Positions 35,773 through 49,044 of a DNA stretch of 64,000 bases are shown in pieces. The notes under the pieces were generated by a model. That model had not been told where the DNA came from, ran no database searches, and saw only the letters and a list, made by a program, of their open reading frames with translations. This DNA is from Podarcis muralis (lineage: Eukaryota). A program made the translations under genes and the position numbers. Numbering within the stretch: the stretch's first letter is position 1; each line of letters starts with the position of its first letter. Location: NCBI RefSeq assembly GCF_964188315.1, contig NC_135667.1, positions 6,944,001 through 7,008,000 of the forward strand, written 5' to 3'.

Positions 35773-35987
35773 CAGTGGTACCTCGGGTTACAGACGCTTC
35801 AGGTTACAGACTCCGCTAACCCAGAAATAGTGCTTCAGGTTAAGAACTTTGCTTCAGGATGAGAACAGAAATTGTGCTCCGGCGGCACGGCAGCAGCAGG
35901 AGGCCCCATTAGCTAAAGTGGTTCTTCAGGTTAAGAACAGTTTCAGCTTAAGAACGGACCTCCGGAACTTAACCCGAGGTACCACTG
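35773..35987. mobile_element. Tigger/mariner-like MITE
   Basis: Same family as 16989-17206. Confidence 0.8.
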
Positions 35988-36479
35988 TACTTGGAATGTG
36001 GAAATCTCGGCCCATTGCTTCAGGCAGCAGAAAGTCTGCATGTGCAACTGTAGATTTATTATTTTGTGTTTTTATCTTGTACTTTTATGTTGCAAACTAG
36101 ATGAAGGGCAGTATACGAATTTAAATAGATAAATACATTTAAAGTACACAAAGAGAGAGAGAGAGAGAGAGAATGAATCCTGCAGTTTGTTAGTGGAACT
36201 GTGAACTGTGAGGCAGCGGTGGTGTAGTGGTTAGAGTGCTGGACTAAGACTTGGGAGACTAGGGTTCAAATCCCCACGGCCATGAAGCTCACTAGGTAAC
36301 TTCCTCTCAGCCTGACCTACCTCACAGGGGTGTTGTGGAGATTAAAACGAGGAGAGGAAGAACCATATAAGTTGCCATGAATTCCTTAGAGGAAAAAGAT
36401 GGGATATAAATGCGGTTGTTTTCATCTGTCTTTCTTGGGAAATAATGGAAGAATGCGCCTTTGGGGGAAATGTCAAACC

Positions 36480-37745
36480 GTTGGAGAGTTATGAGAGAGA
36501 CTTTGTTTTATATTTAAAAAGTATTTATACTTTTCAGGTTTATACATTTATACATTTTTTACAATTTTCAATCATTTTAACATTTCAAAACTTGACTTCC
36601 TTCCCCCTCATTCTGTGCTTCCTTAAAATTTATTTTTAATATCTTCTGCATATCCAAATTAACTTAATTAATTTGTTCATTTATTCATCTGCTTTAAATA
36701 TATACTCTGATCAAACTGAAGGTTAATACAATAGTCTTGCCAATATTTTTATCTGTTTACAATTTACCTGTAAATATTCAATAAACCATTTCCATTCTTT
36801 TATAAAAAGTTTGTAATCTTGATTTCTTATTCTTCCGGTAAATTTTGCCATTTCTGCATATTCATAAGTTTTTGTATCCATTCTCACTGGCGAAGGGGCA
36901 GGGGGAGTGCATGCAGCTTCGCCACTTTCCATTCTTCTTTTGCTGGGACTTTTGCTTCTTTCCATTTTTGGGCGAGTAGCATTCTTGCCGCTGTAGTCGC
37001 GTACATGAATAAGTTTCTATACAGTTCCGGTAGTTCTGTCCCTATAATTCCCAAAAGAAAAGCTTCTGGGTTTTTTGTTTTGTTTTATTTTTTGTTTTAC
37101 AAACATTATTTTAAACATCCTTTTCAATTCATTATACAGTGGTACCTCGGTTTAAGAACAGTCCAGTTTAAGAATGATTCGGTTTACAAACTCTGCAAAA
37201 CCGGAAATAGTGTCCCTGTTTGAGAACTTTACCTTGATGTAGGAACGGAATCCGAACAGTGGAAGGGCACCGGCGTCGGGAGGCCTCATTAGGGAAAGTG
37301 TGCCTCGATTTAAGAACAGTTTTGGTTTAAGAACGGAGTTCCGGAACGGATTAAGTTCGTAAACCGAGGTACCACTGTATATCATTTCCCAGTAAGCTTT
37401 AACCTTACTACAAGATGATAAAAAGAACCTTCTTTCTCTTTACATTTCCAACACTTATTTGATTTTGATTTATACATTTTTGCCAATTTGCTCGGTGTTA
37501 GATACCATCAATTTATCATTTTCATATAATTTTCTCTTAGACCATAAGATGCTGTAAATTTTATATCCCTATTCCACCATCGTTCCCATGCTTCCATGTC
37601 TATATTATGCCAAATATCTATTGCCAATGTATCACTGAGGATTTTACTTGCTCATCTTTTGTCTCCCATTCCAATCATATTTTATACATTTCAGACAGCA
37701 CTTTTACATTACCTTCCAACAGTTCTCTCTCCAGTTGTGATATAA
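36480..37745 (-). mobile_element. L1/Tx1 LINE 3' fragments, split by the MITE at 37137-37377
   Basis: TAARMLLAQKWK and YAEMAKFTGRIR ORF2 C-terminal motifs. Confidence 0.7.
37137..37377. mobile_element. Tigger/mariner-like MITE inserted in an L1 fragment
   Basis: cagtggtacctcgg...ccgaggtaccactg with TA flanks. Confidence 0.8.
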
Positions 37746-38149
37746 TAATAAGCTGCAGGTCTGTGATGCTTCAGTTCCCAGGATGTGTGTGTGTGTTAAA
37801 AATGTATGGTGCATGCAGCCATTTTGTGCAAAGGACCAGAATTATACAAAAGCCTTCCACACCAGCTTTTAAATCTTTCTTCAGTATCACTGGGTAGCAG
37901 ACAGGGAACTGTAGCACGATGAGGGGTGAACTACAGTTCCCATGAATCTTTCGGAGGGAGGGGGTGTGCTTTAACGGCATAGTGCGTAAACAGCCGAGGC
38001 TTTGGGTCAGCTTCTGCCAAATGGGCTGCTGTAGTCCTCAAGATTCCATAGGATTCTTTCTTTTCTGTTCCCATCCTTCTGGGGGGAAATGTAGCTCTAC
38101 GAGGGGCAAACTACAGTTCCCAGGATGCTTTGGGCAGATGTGTTTGCTT

Positions 38150-40735
38150 TAATAATAATAATAATTTATTATTTGTACCCTGCCCATCTGGCTGGGTTTC
38201 CCCAGCCACTCTGGGCGGCTTCCACAAAGACCAAAAATGCACTAATATGTCATACATTAAAAACTTCCCTGAACAAGGCTGCCTTAAGATGTCTTCTGAA
38301 TGTCAGGTAGTTGTTTATCTCTTTGATGTCTGATGGGAGGGCGTTCCACAGGGCGGGTGCCACTACCGAGAAGACCCTCTGCCTGGTTCCCTGCAGCTTT
38401 GCTTCTCGCAATGAGGGAACCGCCAGAAGGTCTTTGGCGCTGGACCTCAGTGTCCGGGCTGAACGATGGGGGTGGAGACGCTCCTTTGGATATACTGGGC
38501 CGAGGCTGTTTAGGGCAGTGTTTCCCAACCACTGTTCCGCGGCACACTAGTGTGCCGCGAGATGTTGCCTGGTGTGCCGCGGGGAAAATTAAAAAATTGA
38601 AAGATTATTTTTTTTTAAAGTCAAATTTTCGATTGGGGCGCCGTCACTAGATGACCCCTGGGGTTCCCTCCCTCCCTCCCGCTCTGCGCCTCCCTCCTCC
38701 TCCTCCTCCTCCTCCGGGGAGGCCCTTCCTGGCTCTCGGCCAAGGCTTGGCGGCTGCCACTCACTCACTCGCTCGCCCACCCGTCCCTCCATCCCTGCAC
38801 CCGGCCTCTCCCCCTCCGTCCCCGGCGCGGGGGCTGCCGGGATCCGTAGTCCCCTCGCCCTTGGGCTCCGCGCCCGCGCGGGGTGCGCGAACTACGTTTC
38901 CCAGCGTGGCCTGGTGGGCCGGGCGTTTTGTTTGAAGCGCTCTTCTCCCGGCCATGGAATGAGCGTGGCGGCGGCGTCCGGGCGGGCAGGGGCTCTTCCG
39001 CGCAGACCCCGCGCAGCCTGCCTGCGCCCCCGCGGAGATCGGGCGGCAGGATGGAGGACGGGGATCCCCGCGGAGGCGGAGCGGCGGAGGCTGCCCCCCA
39101 GGTAGGGCTGCGTCGGGGGGGGTTATTTTTGCAATGCTGCATCCGCGCCGGAGGGGACGCATCGGACCGCAGGGAGACCCCTTGGCGGGCGTGCAAGGCA
39201 ATGCATGCGTGCAGGCGTTGCATGGAGTGCAGTGCAATGCAATGGCAACGCGGCACCCTGCATGCATGCATGCAACTTCCACCGGCGCTCCGGACTTGGC
39301 AGGTGAGGGGGGTCCCCAGTGGGCAGCAGAGAGAGCCGGGAGGGCGAAGGGGAGCCGGGGGGGAGCAGCGCTGCTCCCCGAGCCGAGCCCGGGGGGAAAC
39401 TTTGGCGTCGTTGCGCCGGGTGTTGGAAGCGGAGGCTGGCGGGGGCCCCTCACCTGCAAAACCTGGTCGCCTCTCATATATTTCGTGCATTGCATTCATC
39501 ACCCGCTTTCTCCTCCAAGGAGCTCCCGGGGGCGCGCGTGGTTCTCCCCGTGTTATCCTCGCAACAACAGCCCTGCGAGGTGGGTCAGGCGAGTGGCCCA
39601 AGGGAGCACCCAGGGATTGTCCTGGCCAGGTGGGGTGATTTGAACCCTGCTCTCTGCCCGGTCTTTGTCCTCATTTAGCCCCCACATGTGCATGACTGTG
39701 CATGACTGAGGTTTTCCCCCCTCGTCTTGGCTATGGTGTGAGTCTGTGCTGTTAATTAATGGGGTTCTGCCTTCGGAGAAGATGAGCCAGCCCTCAAGGA
39801 GGTGATTATGTAATTTGCTAGCAATTCATGTCCCTCCCGGCGTGACGCTGCGCGCTGACGTCACGGGGCTGTAATGGTGGTGTGCCTCGAGATTTTTTTC
39901 ATGAAACAAGTGTGCCTTTGCCCAAAAAAGGTTGGGAAACACTGTTTTAGGGCTTTAAAGGTCAACACCAGCACTTTGAATTGTGCTTGGAAACGTACAG
40001 GGAGCCAATGCAGATCTCTCAGGACTGGTGTTATGTGGTCTCTGCGGCCGCTCCCAGTCACCAGTCTAGCTGCCGCATTCTGGATTAGTTGTAGTTTCCG
40101 GGCCACCTTCAAAGGTAGCCCCACGTAGAGTGCATTGCAGTAGTCCAAGCGAGAGATAACCAGAGCATGCACCACTCTAGCAAGACAGTCTGCAGGCAGG
40201 TAGGGTCTCATCCTGCATATCAGGTGGAGCTGGTAGACAGCTGCCCTGGACGCAGAATTGAACTGCGCCTCCATGGACAGCTGTGAGTCCAAAATGACTC
40301 CCAGGCTGCGCACCGGGTCCTTCAGGGGCACAGTTACCCCATTCAGGACCAGGGAGTCCTCCACACCAACCTGCCCCCTGTCCCCTTAAAACAGTACTTC
40401 TGTCTTGTCAGGATTCAACCTCAATCCGTTAGCCACCATCCTTTCTCTAACCTCCTCCAGGCACTCACATAGGACCTTCACTGCCTTCACTGGTTCTGAT
40501 TTGAAAGAGAGGTAGAGCTGGGTGTCATCCGCATATTGATGGACACCCAGTCCAAACCCCCTGATGATCTCTCCCAGCGGCTTCATACAGATGTTAAAAA
40601 GCATGGGGGAGAGGACGGAACCCTGAGGCACCCCACAAGTGAGGGTCCAGGGGTCTGAACACTCATCCCCCCCCCCCCACTTTCTGAACACGGCCCAGGA
40701 GGAAGGAGCGGAACCACTGTATGACAGTGCCCCCA
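38150..40735 (-). mobile_element. L2 LINE fragment interrupted by a hAT element
   Basis: RT motifs GVPQGSVLSPMLFN, QYADDTQLY, SRLDYCN; sequence resumes exactly after the 38516-39944 insert. Confidence 0.88.
38516..39944. mobile_element. hAT non-autonomous element with GC/CpG-rich cargo
   Basis: 15-bp TIR cagtgtttcccaacc/ggttgggaaacactg; 8-bp TSD gtttaggg/ttttaggg; splits an L2 copy. Confidence 0.88.
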
Positions 40736-40759
40736 GGTAGAGGGCCAATGTTTTGAGCT

Positions 40760-41800
40760 GCCGGCTTCTTCCAACCATGCCGCTAGTCCTTAAGATTTTG
40801 CAAGATCTTCTTCTTCCTTTCTTTCTTTCCGGGGAGGATGGAGCCTCTAGGACCCGGGACTTGGAGGCAGGAGAGAGGGTGGGGTCTGGAGAAGGAATAG
40901 ACGCGAGTGTGAGCCCGGGGAGGGGAGGGAGCTGGGCTGGGAGCCAAATCCAGCTGCCTGCCTTTTTTTCTCCCTCCTTCGCCCTTTCTCCCCTCCCCTC
41001 TCTCCCTTTTTCTAAAGGTCTCTCTCGCGCGCTCAGCACGTTTTGGTGGCAAAGAAAAGGAGGAAGGAGCCGATCGCAAGAGGAGGAGAACAGAAAAGAA
41101 AGAAGAGAAAGGAAAGGACGGGCGAGAGAAAGGGAGGAGGAGATTCTCCCGGCAGCCGCGGGAAGGAGGAAAGAGAGAAAGAGAAAGAAAGAAAGAGTGG
41201 CAAAAGCTGAAAGGAGGAGAAGTAGCACATCCGGCATACCGGAGCCGGAGAGGGGGCGGGAGGCGAGACTTTTGCAGGGAGAAAGAAGGGAAGAGGACAA
41301 AATGGGAGAGGGAGGAGGAGGCGAGGGCGCCGCTCGCCCTCCGACAGATGGGAGCGAGAAGAAGTAATCCCTTCGCCCAAACTGGGAGGGAGGGAAAGAG
41401 AAAGGAGAGACGCGCGAGGAGAGAAGGAAGGAAGCCAAAGAAAGAAAGAAGGAAGGAGACAATGATGGAGAAGGCGCTTTGAAGTCCTCGAGGAGCCTCC
41501 GCTCTGCTTCCACCTCCTGCCCTCTTTCTGCTTTTCTTCCCCAACTCTCATTCATTCCTTTCTTTCCCCACGACCTCCTTTCCCCGGGTCGCTTTGCGCA
41601 CCAGGATTGCGCGCCAGGATCGCCCGTTTCCCTCCCTTCCACCTGATCCCTGCTTTCTCCTCCTTGTCCCCTCTTTCGCCTCCCCTTCTTTTCCTCTTCG
41701 TCGCCTACTTTCTGCCTCCCAGCCAGCTGTAATTTTCCTTTTCTCGACTGGCTTCCTTTCTTTCCCCATTACCCAGTTTCCATCCAGCAACTTGGTTTCT
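40760..41800. promoter_or_regulatory. GC/GA-rich unique region, possible EFS promoter or 5' UTR exon
   Basis: CpG-rich and purine-biased, not a recognisable repeat, upstream of the candidate EFS ATG. Confidence 0.35.
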
Positions 41801-43916
41801 GACTTGGGACGCTCCCTGAGCCAGATAAATTGCTACCTTGCGAGGAAGGAGCGGGCTGGACCCTTCTATTATTGGCTTGAGTGGGAGCCAGGATCCCAGC
41901 CGAAGGGAAAAAAGGCCAAAACCCTAAATTTGTGGGTGTGGGTGTGGGAGAGTTCCCCCCAAAATTAAGCCTGCAGCAAACCCAGGCTGCCTGCCTCAGC
42001 ATAAAATAGATTTGTGTAGGAAAGAGCCAATAATATTTTTTTTCCCCAAAAAAGAAAGGAAAAATGATGGACCTGCGACCTTTCCAGAGAACTGGTCTCC
42101 CTCCAAAATGCAGAGCATCTGGAAAGCAAACCGCCAATCCCTCATTTTAAACCCACAGAAGAGGGAAAACATAACTTGGGAGTCTTGAGAGAGAAAATTG
42201 CTACTTTAGGTTAATATGGAAAGCCGGAGTCTAGTTTATCCAAGCTGACTGTTTGGACTTTGCTTATGGCAAATGACAGAGAGGGGTACAGTTGGTTTGG
42301 ATCCGCTGCTTTTTCATCTGGATTGTGCAGTCTTTTTCTGGATGCTGAAGATTAATTCAACTTCTAAGGTCCACCTGTGTCCACTTGGGTTGGGGTTGCA
42401 GCACGTATACATTTTCTGGATGTTGGACTCTGTACTTTGTCAACACTGATTCTGGATTTGGGCTGGATTGAGTATTTGTGCTAACAAGTATATTTTTCTA
42501 GATTTTGGCAGCCCTCCAAATTACTTTTTTATTCTTGGAAAAACACTGCTTTTTCTGGATTATAAAGGGTGCGGAAACAGCCTCATGTGGAATTCCTCAA
42601 AGTTTACAAATGATTTTGGGGGTTTTCTGCAGAGCCTCAAGTTTCCCATGCTTTGAAAAAGTTAAAATTATGATGTGTCATCTCCCCCATCACCAAATCT
42701 TACATCTCCCCTGTTAGTTTGAGGGAGAAATCATGGGTCTTTCTTAGGCAACGAGCTTACATTAATGTGCATTGTGATTTTTGAAGTTTGATTTTTGTCA
42801 GTATTAGCATTTTCAAGCTTCCCGGCTCCTGAAGATTTGGAGCTTTCTGCAAAGCAGGCTGGATTTGTACACAGACATTATTATTATTATTATTATTATT
42901 TGGGAGAAAAACTGGATCAAACCTCAGGATTTAATGAAGAACTTAGTGTCCTGGGGCCTGGAGAAAGTTTGCAAAACATCTGGAAATTTCAAGACGTGGT
43001 AAATACTGCCTGCATTCTCAGGAAAAAACTGACCTGCTGGATGTGTGTGTGTGTGCTTTTTAAATCTATTTCGGATATGGTATTTTGGATAAGTAGGAAA
43101 GTTTGTTAGCATCTGTTGATCTACAGACTCTCTGCTGGCAAGCCTTTTGGCTTGAAAGGAATAGCTCAGGCTTTCTGGATTTCATGACGATGCAAAAATC
43201 CCTGGTCGTTCTTCTGAGCGTGCCAGGTTTTTTTTAAACAAGGACCTTTGGAGAGAAGTACAGTATTGCAAATGCCTCTGTTTTGGGTTGCAATTCCACT
43301 CTGTGGTTGCAACACAAGCCCATGTTCCAACTTGTTACTCTTTCGCCTCGCCTGCCTCATCAATCCATGCAGCCTGCACGGCCTGGAAGCAGCCAGGCCT
43401 ACTCAGATGGTTTTTCTGGGAAGCTTTTGCTGACCAAGAGGTTTGGGAAGGCTTACAAAAACTTCTGGGGTGTGGGGGAAAGAGAATTGCAAATTGAAAG
43501 TGGCTGGACTTCTGAGAAACCAGACTCTTAGCAATCAAAGGACAGGGAGTGTTTGAGTTCGGTTGGAAATTACCTCTCCCTCCCACTTTGCATTGGGATA
43601 GTGTTTTGCAACAAATTTGCCAACTTTTTTTTTTTTTTTTTTTTTTTTTGAGAAACTCTTGTTTTGGATCTGTTCTCGCTTCTTCCATCCCCAAAGCATT
43701 GGATATATATTTTTCAAGGATATAAGAAATTTCTCAGGAATCTCTTCTTCGTTTCGGAACAACCAAGTGCACGGACAAATAATGTACCTAGAGGCAGGGA
43801 TATTGTTTTCTGAAGCCGGCGGAACAGAGGTGTAATCTTCGTTCACAATCTCCTGGGTCTGCGGTTGTTCCTTTTCCACTTCTCCGTTTTCGACACCCTG
43901 CCTTTTGCGAAGCAAC

Positions 43917-43922
43917 ATGTCT
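43917..43922 (+). CDS. EFS: Candidate EFS first coding exon (MS)
   Basis: gcaac ATG TCT|GTAAGT: consensus donor, phase 0, in frame with the SH3 exon; Cas-family genes have very short first coding exons. Confidence 0.55.
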
Positions 43923-45372
43923 GTAAGTATGCTCAGCTAGGAAAGAGAGCCAGATATTTTGCTAGCCCTGAGAGCAAAGTCTAGAGTTGAATCAGGAATC
44001 GAGAGCTCTTTTGACCTTGGACAAAAGATTTGTTTCGGGGTCACTGGGCCACAGCAGGTTCCAGGTGTACAAACAGTGAAGACTAGGGAAAGAAGTACAA
44101 AGCTATAAAAAACCTCTGCTGGGAACGTTTGCCAATTGAAAACCATTTTTAATTTCCCTCACAATTCCCTGCAGATGTTTAATCTGTGTGTGTGGGTCCC
44201 AAATTCACCTGAGATTTTACTTCAGGTGAAATTGGATGGCGTTGCTCAGCTCGTTTGGTTGAAGGAGGTTTGTGGCTTTCACTGGGCCTTGGGCCCCAGC
44301 ACCTGTTTGAATGGTGAAGCTCAGAATAGCCAAGTGTCCCCAACTATATTCAGTAGGTCTTTGCTTAATAATGTGACTTAATACATTCGGGGGCAGAGAA
44401 TCTGGCTGCTTTTGTAGGTTTGAGCCCCTGGGTCTTTCAACTTTCTCAAATCAAGGCATGTCTCAGTTTATTTTATCTTACTTTCTGCAGCTTTACCAAA
44501 GAAAGAGAGAGAGAAGGACAGGGATCCCTCAGCAGGGACCCTCCCCCTATAGAGAAACACATGTTAACTTCTTGAACATTGCCCTCATTTCAGAGCAGTC
44601 ATGCACCCAACTCCCTAATGAGATCATCCCTGGCAAAGCATTATCTGTCAGCACCCAAATTGGCTCTTTCCCTCCCTCCCTCCCTCCCCCCACCCCTCGA
44701 TTGCCAAACACTCTGAATTTCTCCTCCAATACTGGAAGAACAAGGAGCATATCCTATTAGTGGCCAAGATCTGCATTATATTTTAATCTGATTATTTTTA
44801 TTGTCGTAGGCCACTTTCGGAACTGGTTTGACTGGAAAGCAAGTTAGCAGTAGCGACAGGGATCTGGCGCCCTAAGGGCTATTTTATCTGCCACCGCCCC
44901 CCAGAAACTCTTCCTAAATTTTAATCAAGGGATCAGCAACACAATTAAATGCCCCCTCTTTTTGCACATAATGTGTAGGTCACTGGGTTGTAGTCAACGC
45001 TAACCTTACACAGAGGTGACCCATTGAAATGAATGGACCTAAGTTAGTCATGGCCATTAACTTCAGTGGGTCTTCTTTTGAGTATTGGATACAACCCATT
45101 GCTTTTCAAAGCTGTGGGAGTGAGGGATTTCCAGATGAGTCAGTCAAAGTCTCGAAGATTTCACCGATTCAATGTCACATCTATCCTTCGGGATTTGAAT
45201 GTTCACATTTGCAAGTCATTCGGAGTGTGAATATGCATGTTCCGTAGCATCTCTTACTAATGTGCTCTGACTGATAGATGAGGCAACTTTACTGCGGAGC
45301 CTGGCTGCCGATTTGTGTTGCGAAATGCAACTGCCATCTGGAAAATGGGTATATATATATCTCTGAGCAGTG

Positions 45373-45612
45373 CAGTCGTACCTTGGAAGTTGAACGGAAC
45401 CCGTTCCAGAAGTCCGTTCGACTTCCAAAACGTTCGAAAACCAAAGCGCGGCTTCTGATTGGCTGCAGGAAGCTCCTGCGGCCATTCGGAAGCCGCGCCA
45501 GACGTTGGCTTCCGAAAATCATTCGAAAACCGGAACACTCACTTCCGGGTTTCGATTGTTCAGGAGCTGCTTTGTTCGGGAGCCAAGGCGTTCAAGATCC
45601 AAGGTACGACTG
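45373..45612. mobile_element. Tigger-like MITE
   Basis: TIR cagtcgtaccttgg/ccaaggtacgactg. Confidence 0.7.
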
Positions 45613-47660
45613 GATAAAATCCCCCTCTTAGGAAGGCATCTGTTGAGCTCTTCCACCCCAGGAAGAATTTCAAGTGGGCAATATTAAAAAGGGAAGGCAG
45701 ATGCATGCATCCAAAAATAAATAAATCATGGTACAGGCTTCCTTGGACTATACCACTTCAGAATATGGGGAGGGGGGGTTGAATCCTGCTCTGCAATTCT
45801 CTGCTGTTTAAAGTGGCTGTTCCAAAAGGCAGGGAGGGTTGTACCTGTTTTGTGTGTCTCTTTGTGTCTCTTTGTGTCTGCATGCACTTCCGCTTAGCCG
45901 GTCGCCCCGTCCAGGCGTCCCTGCCACAGTTGGACTTTTGCCTGCCTGTGCGGGTGGCCGTGAATTATAAGCTACGACTTGGGAGAAACAGATGGCAGCC
46001 TGGGATTTAGGGGGATTTGGGTGGCGAAAGCGAGAGTGTTGGAGAGAATGCTTTGCTCCGCACCGGGTAGGGGTCTCGCCCTGAGCTCATTTATCGCTTC
46101 CTGGGCTGCATCTAACTAACTGGGTTACCGGCATCTGGGATCTTCGCTATCCAGGGTTAACGCAACAGTGTGAACATCTGCATTCGGAGCAGCTCTGTCT
46201 GGGAAACACCCTGGATTGAGGGACAACCCTTGTGATGCAATATATCCCATGTGGCAAACGGGTGGGTCCTCCAGCTCCCAGCCAAGGAGTATAGAACCAC
46301 AAAGTGTAGAATCACAGGACTGTAGAGTTGGAAGGGACCCCAAAGGTCATTCAGTCCAACCCCCCGCAATGCAGGAATCTCTTGCCCAACATGGGGCTCG
46401 GCCAGCACAACAAAGGGCCAAGGAGGATGGGTATTATGGTCCAGAAGGACACAGGCATCGCACCATTGCAGATTGCAAAGGCAGAGCAGCTTGCGTCCTC
46501 TTTCGGGGGAATGATCTGTCTCCAGGCGGGTGAATCCTGAGTCATTTTTAGGGTTGTGCGGAGTCAGGAAGAGGGGGTACAGACTCTTTGTGTTGCTGTT
46601 GATCCGTAGGTGAAGGTTCGAGCGCCTGTCTTGGACACAGGGTTGTACGCTAAGGGTTTGTTTCCTGCTGAGTCTCGCTGTGTCTGAGCATCTCAAAAAA
46701 AGGACAGCGTGTGCCCATCTGGCTGTGGGGTAGCCTGTCCTTACGGCTGCGTGTTACGTCCTTAAAACTACCACCGACCAGGCAAGTCTGGGCGTTTGCC
46801 TCTCCTGGGTACGCTCAAGTGCCTGGGGCCAAATCCAGAACTGACCCACCCTCCCGAAGGCATCTCGCTGGTGCCGATCAAACTTTATGGCGCTTAAGCA
46901 AGCGAGGTCTTTTGTTTGAGGCAGCGACCCCTTCCCACCTTTCTGTTGACGCTGCCTTATCAAAGGCCTTGGAGCTAAATGCAACCTCCCTGCGTCAGGG
47001 CAGACAGGGACAAACAGCGTGGAAGGGGGCGTGTGGTCTTTGTGGCTTCCCCATGTGCTTCCTGGTAGCATCTGATGGTGGTATTAAATGCAGGGTGTTT
47101 CTGAAAGCTGGGATCCTAGCTGCCGTTGGAACTACAGCTCCCATCATCCCTAGCTAGCAGGACCAGTGGACAGGGATGATGGGAGTTGTAGTCCAACAGC
47201 AGCTTGGGACCCAAGTTTGAGAAACACACTGGCTAGGCAGACCCTCAAGAACCTCTCAGGTTCTTTGTGTGTTCGATTTGCACATCCCTGGGAGAAGACT
47301 GCAGTCTGTACTGGGATATCATTTCACCTTTTTGTTTCTTTAAATTTATACACTGCCTGATTGGGAAGGGGTGGACTACAAAGCAGTTAGCAAAAAGAGT
47401 GAAGAACAGCGATTCGAAAAATAATTAAAAACAACAGAAAGCTAAAAGCATATCAAAACACACGCCAGCGTTCCACATATCTGGGTAGGCTCGCCTAGAC
47501 GAAAATGTTTTCAGCAGGCGCCCAAAAGAGTGCAGCGAAGGCATCTTCCTGATGATGTCAAGAGGCAGGGAGTTCCAAAGTCTAGGCACTGCCACACAAA
47601 CGGAACAAGGATTCAATGCAGAGCAAGTATTAGAGGGCATCCAGAGCAAGTTGGGCGGAT

Positions 47661-47674
<14 letters not shown>

Positions 47675-47708
<34 letters not shown>

Positions 47709-48455
47709 TATTATTTGTACCCCGCCCATCTGGCTGGGTTTCCCCAGCCACTCTGGGCAGCTTCCACAAAGACCCAAAATACACTAATATGTCATACATT
47801 AAAAACTTCCCTAAACAGGGCTGCCTTAAGATGTCTTTTGAATGTCAGGTAGTTGTTTATCTCTTTGACATCTGCTGGAAGGGCGTTCCACAGGGCAGGC
47901 GCCACTACCGAGAAGGCCCTCTGCCTGGTTCCCTGTAGCTTTGCTTCTCGCAATGAGGGAACTGCCAGAAGGCCCTTGGTGCTGGACCTCAGCGTCCGGG
48001 CAGAACGATGGGGGGTGGAGACGCTCCTTCAGGTATACTGGGCCGAGGCCGTTTAGGGCTTTAAAGGTCAACACCAACACTTGGAATTGTGCTCGGAAAC
48101 GTACTGGGAGCCAATGTAGGTCTTTTCAAGAACGGTGTTATGTGGTCTCGGCAGCCGCCCCCAATCACCAGTCTGGCTGCCACATTCTGGATTAGTTGTA
48201 GTTTCTGGGTCACCTTCAAAGGTAGTCCCACGTAGAGCGCATTGCAGTAGTCCAAGCGGGAGATAACCAGAGCATGCACCACTCTGGCGAGACAGTCCGC
48301 GGGCAGATAGGGTCTCAGCCTGCGCACCAGGTGGAGCTGGTAGACAGCTGCCCTGGATACAGAATTGACCTGCGCCTCCATGGACAGCGGTGAGTCCAAA
48401 ATGGCTCCCAGGCTGCGCACCTGGTCCTTCAGGGGGCACAGTTACCCCATTCAGG
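47675..48455 (-). mobile_element. L2 LINE 3' fragment with (ATT)n tail
   Basis: ORF 48061-48420 (LSMEAQVNSVSRAAVYQL...SRLDYCN). Confidence 0.85.
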
Positions 48456-48496
48456 ACCAGCAGTCAAGTTGGCATACGTGGAGTTTTGTGAAGAAG

Positions 48497-48632
48497 ATAC
48501 AGCTCAGTTGGCAAAGCAGGAGACTCTTAACCTCAGGGTTGTGGGTTCGAGCCCCACGTTGGGCGAAAGATTCCTATTTCAGGGGGTGGGGCTAGATGAC
48601 ACCCGTGGTCCCTTCCAGCTCTGTGATTCTGT
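48497..48632 (+). mobile_element. SINE with a tRNA-Lys-derived head and CR1-like tail
   Basis: Degenerate tRNA-Lys(CTT) body (gactcttaacctcagggttgtgggttcgagccccacgttgggcg) followed by ctagatgac...cccttccagctctgtgattct. Confidence 0.7.
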
Positions 48633-48705
48633 GAGCTCATATAGAGATGTAGTGACTTTGTCAGCATTTTGAGGGATGCCTGACCTGCCCTCCGCTTCCC
48701 GCCAG

Positions 48706-49044
48706 GCCCAGCTCTGCCGCGCCCTGTACGACAACGCCGCCGAGTGCCCGGACGAGCTCTCCTTCCGCAAGGGCGACTTGATGGTCCTGCTGCAGCCCGA
48801 AGCCCCGGGCCTGGAGGGCTGGCACCTCTGCTCCTTGCACGGGCAGCAGGGGATTGTGCCAGCCAACCGGGTCAGAGTACTCCCCGAGCCAGGGTCTCCA
48901 GGGCCCACCCCTCGCCGGAACCACGTCCCAGCGGACGTCTACCAAGTGCCCAGGAAGGAGGCGGCGGCGGCGGCGGCCGGGACGGCCTACGAAGCGCCCC
49001 AAGATGAGCGGAGGAGGAGGGGGCGCAGGAAGGAGGAGCAGGAG
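48706..49044 (+). CDS. EFS: EFS SH3-domain exon (AQLCRALYDNAAECPDELSFRKGD...GIVPANRV)
   Basis: Matches human EFS AQLARALYDNTAESPQELSFRRGD...LHGQQGIVPANRV; gccag| and |gtgagg; 339 bp. Confidence 0.95.

Noticed and set aside
38761-39678. Overlapping 200-280 aa ORFs on both strands
   Set aside because: Expected from stop-codon scarcity in very GC-rich DNA; no recognisable domain; all lie inside a hAT insert.
40386-41642. Longest ORF in the track (418 aa, minus) as a novel gene
   Set aside because: The C-terminal ~95 aa is L2 reverse transcriptase (GVPQGS, YADD); the rest is low-complexity read-through of a purine-biased region.
47675-47712. Poly-Asn/Ile/Leu ORFs here and near 50860, 60200 and 63660
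   Set aside because: (ATT)n/(AAT)n microsatellite tails, mostly of L2 elements.
48497-48572. tRNA-Lys gene
   Set aside because: Acceptor stem and D-arm are degenerate and it runs into a CR1-type tail, so it is a SINE head.
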